Made by a program: the position numbers and the translations under genes
Part shown: one piece after another, positions 61,201 through 64,000 of the stretch
Layout: each line of letters starts with the position of its first letter
Numbering within the stretch: the first letter of the stretch is position 1
Source: Nitrospirales bacterium
Lineage (GTDB): Bacteria; Nitrospirota; Nitrospiria; Nitrospirales; UBA8639
Assembly: GCA_965203295.1 (NCBI GenBank)
Contig: CBDBCZ010000013.1
Span: 384,001-448,000 of the forward strand
Direction of reading: 5' to 3'
Length of the DNA: 64,000 nt
Notes under the pieces: generated by a model
What the model saw: the letters and a program-made list of their open reading frames with translations, nothing else
The model's database searches: none
What the model was told of the DNA's origin: nothing

Positions 61201-64000
61201 TTGCTATGTGGACACAGTAGAGTTACAGCATGAATACTTGATTTTCTAATATAAAGAGCCATCACACCTACCTCACTTCTTTCAGCAAAGCATTGTTTTC
61301 CCAGAGTTTGCAGTGCTGAGCAAACTAATACAAAATGTAAGTATTAGTACAATATAAAACTAATGTATAGTCCCACAAAATACCTTTGTGTGGATATCCG
61401 TGTAGCCAGGAGTGAAAACATTTGCATGCCACATTGTTTCATAACTGTCCAGTTGTGTAAGATCACTAAATACACCCCGAGGCTGTGGGTGTCTGGTACA
61501 AATCTATAATAAGAAGGTGATAGTAGTGCACATTCTGTCCTTCACTTAAATGTACAACACCTACTCACCTCACAACCCCCCCCCCCCCCAAAAAAAAATG
61601 TAGTTACATTCATTCTCTTGGGTTTCTAATGTAATTTGGGTTATATTATTTATATAGTCTAGCATTTAATAACTGAAACTAAAAAAGTGTTTTAGTTGGA
61701 GTAAAAACAGTTAGTTAACTAAACTAAGACTGCAAGGGCACTTGCTTCTAAGAAAAAACCACAACAAAACTAATATTTTTTCACTAGAATTAACCCATTT
61801 AGTTATGGTTAACTAATACTAAAAGTGTTTTAGTAATCCTTTTTTCTTTTTAGTTAGCTAACTAAAACTAAAACTAAAACTTCGTTCATCCTTAGATTTT
61901 TGCTAAAACTAAATCTATTAATGTGAAGACATACTAAAACAACACTACTAGCATTGAACACAAAACACTACCAAGTTTTATTTCTTCAAACACACCTCAA
62001 GGAGATTGTGCATGCATCGCAATGTTAGGAAGGACTGCTCTTCAGGTGATATTTTCAGCTTGTTGCCCATGTGGAGCCACACACTGCGAAGCTGCATGAC
62101 ACAATAGTGGCGAATAGCTTGCCATTTTGAGATCACAGGGCCACTAATTCTTTGCTGGGCATCCGGCTGTGTCAGTAAGGCCATACAAAAGCTGCCAAAG
62201 TTGGCCCACAGGATGAAATAGAGGGAATGGAGACTGAGGGTGCCTCGGGTAGCATGTGGTAGATAATCTGGTCTGCCATATGTGCCATCACTAGACAATT
62301 CCACTCCACAGTCATACAAACGTCCCTCAGTAATTTTTCCTTCATACTGTAAAGTGTAGCACAAAATTGCACCTTATAATTACAGATCATATGGATGTAA
62401 ATAATGTACGAATGCTATAGTGGTAATCCATCTTGCTTGTAGTGAATACCGTATTTTAGTTATATGCGAAAAGCTGTATATACCAAATCAAAAATAGTGT
62501 AGGTAATAGATTGTATATGTCAGTAATAGAAATGGAGGATTTCTGACCATGAATCCAGTCATGTACGAGCCAAGAAGTTCATCTGCAGCAAACATGTGAT
62601 ACCATAAGTGGTTGGAACGGGGTTCACAAGCAAGCACGACAGCCACCATATTAACCACCGCATGGCACAGCTCAACATCAGATGGATCTGAAACAGAGTT
62701 TCATAATGAGGTTTGGCTTCAAAGCTACTGTAACATGGGCTGTATAGATATACCTTGCTTAGAGTTCGCTGGTGGGTTAAAGAGCTCAAATATTGGATCC
62801 TTCTTTTTCCCTCCTGTCTGTAATGGCAAAACTTGTAGGCTTTCGGTAAGCTCAAACTTTGTAGCATTTTCATCCATATTCGGAGGGGATTCTGGTTCTA
62901 TGATCATGTTGTTCTTGGGGCAGATGAAGCTCTGCAGTAGGCCAATGAACTCAGGCTCAAGAGTCCCTCTCAGACTGTTGTAAATTTCATCAGCCAACTT
63001 CTGAGAGTGGTTCTGAAAGATGAAAGGAAAATCACACAATGATGAACAAGCAAGAGACACAAGTACGAAGGTGTATAACCTCTTTGATGAGAAAGAATTT
63101 GTAGTATGCACAAAGCCAGATCAACATCCTGAAAGCATTCCTTTTGCTGATATCAATTTCATGGCCAGATACCGTAGTGAATTTCATTTTGTGGTCACTG
63201 TAGTATAAAAAAAATCAGTAAATATAGAGAGAGTAAAGTCATCTACAGAAAATATACCTGTCCTGTGCAAGTTTAAGTAGATCCTGAATGGAGCTCTGTA
63301 ATTGACTGCCTTCACTACAACTGATTTTAGTCATCACTTGGAAAATTTTCTGGTAGAGGCGACCTATTTCACTGGTCTGCTCTTGAAATGGTAGCAGGTG
63401 AACTCTAGCCTTTAGCTGTTTCTACAAGAAAACAAGACCACAAAACACAGAGAAAGGTATAGACCCTTACTTTATTAAAGTTAGGTGGTCCTAGCTAACC
63501 TTCACGAGTGATTGTAAACCTTTAGTGCACTCAACGGTTCTAACTGATGATGATGTAGGTGCACCCTCAGAAACGCTTTCCTCTTGAACGAACATCTCAA
63601 TCAGCTTCCTGGAGCTCTTCAGCTGTCTTTGAAGGTGTAAGGCTAGCACCAGACCATGTCCACTAACAGTGCTGCTGCTCCCACCGAAAGACTCATTGTT
63701 TAGTACTGCATTGACTTTTTGAATCAAATTAGCAGTGAAGAGCTGGAGAAATGATGTGTTTGACAACAATATTAGTGTCAACGATTTTTGACAAATTCAG
63801 TGGTAACCAACAACATGAAAAAACGCAAGACAGAATACCTAACTTTCATTAAACTATACACATACGTACTGATTACAATGTCATGTAAATACTAAGGAAA
63901 CTACCCTCCTCTATTAGCATTCTACCTGAAAGCTATCATATGATGTATCGGATCTCCATGTATCCTGCACATTTTCAATAGAGGATAGAGCCAAATATTT
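58238..64000 (-). CDS. 3' part of a large RNF213 (mysterin)-like gene ending in a SAM domain; 5' end lies outside the window
   Basis: Many short-intron exons; LLPELLEFYRWIH, FLSD..EGEG..LYIVINDMV and FDLPRLQKDIIRAYLAGKPQI resemble the RNF213 C-terminal region; last exon VYDVAEFLRKWKMQKYEEEFIERDMDGALLLSLCDEDLKDFGIANGFDRRKIL is a clear SAM. Confidence 0.7.
61660..61945. repeat. Intronic AACTAA/AAAACT-rich repeat, possibly a decayed hAT-type MITE
   Basis: Repeated aactaaaact and ttagtt motifs in both orientations; no TIR or TSD resolved. Confidence 0.35.

Overview
Intron-rich, repeat-dense animal genomic DNA; short GT-AG introns and the repeat types suggest a basal metazoan, probably a demosponge (inference). 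No rRNA, tRNA gene or CRISPR array is supported. Host genes look like cell-autonomous immunity: two 3-exon paralogues encoding a leaderless MACPF-like pore-former fused to a probable beta-trefoil (18806-24694, 52321-56647, +); between them a multi-exon bacterial-dynamin-like GTPase and a CARD gene whose probable first exon is broken by a MITE (-); and the 3' part of an RNF213-like gene ending in a SAM domain (58238 to beyond the window, -). Mobile DNA: a full-length APE-RT LINE with a 2A/StopGo peptide, a PHD finger and an in-phase UUUUUUA slippery site, inserted in the terminal hairpin of a Helentron-like element; an 8.8-kb EnSpm/CACTA-type element with a spliced transposase, an accessory gene and a 39-bp minisatellite; a deleted ISL2EU-like element; AcademH-like MITEs with 9-bp TSDs; a piggyBac-like MITE; and several unrelated long palindromes sharing a GNA-triloop plus tandem G.A-mismatch design. 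All family calls come from motif reading by eye, not database searches.
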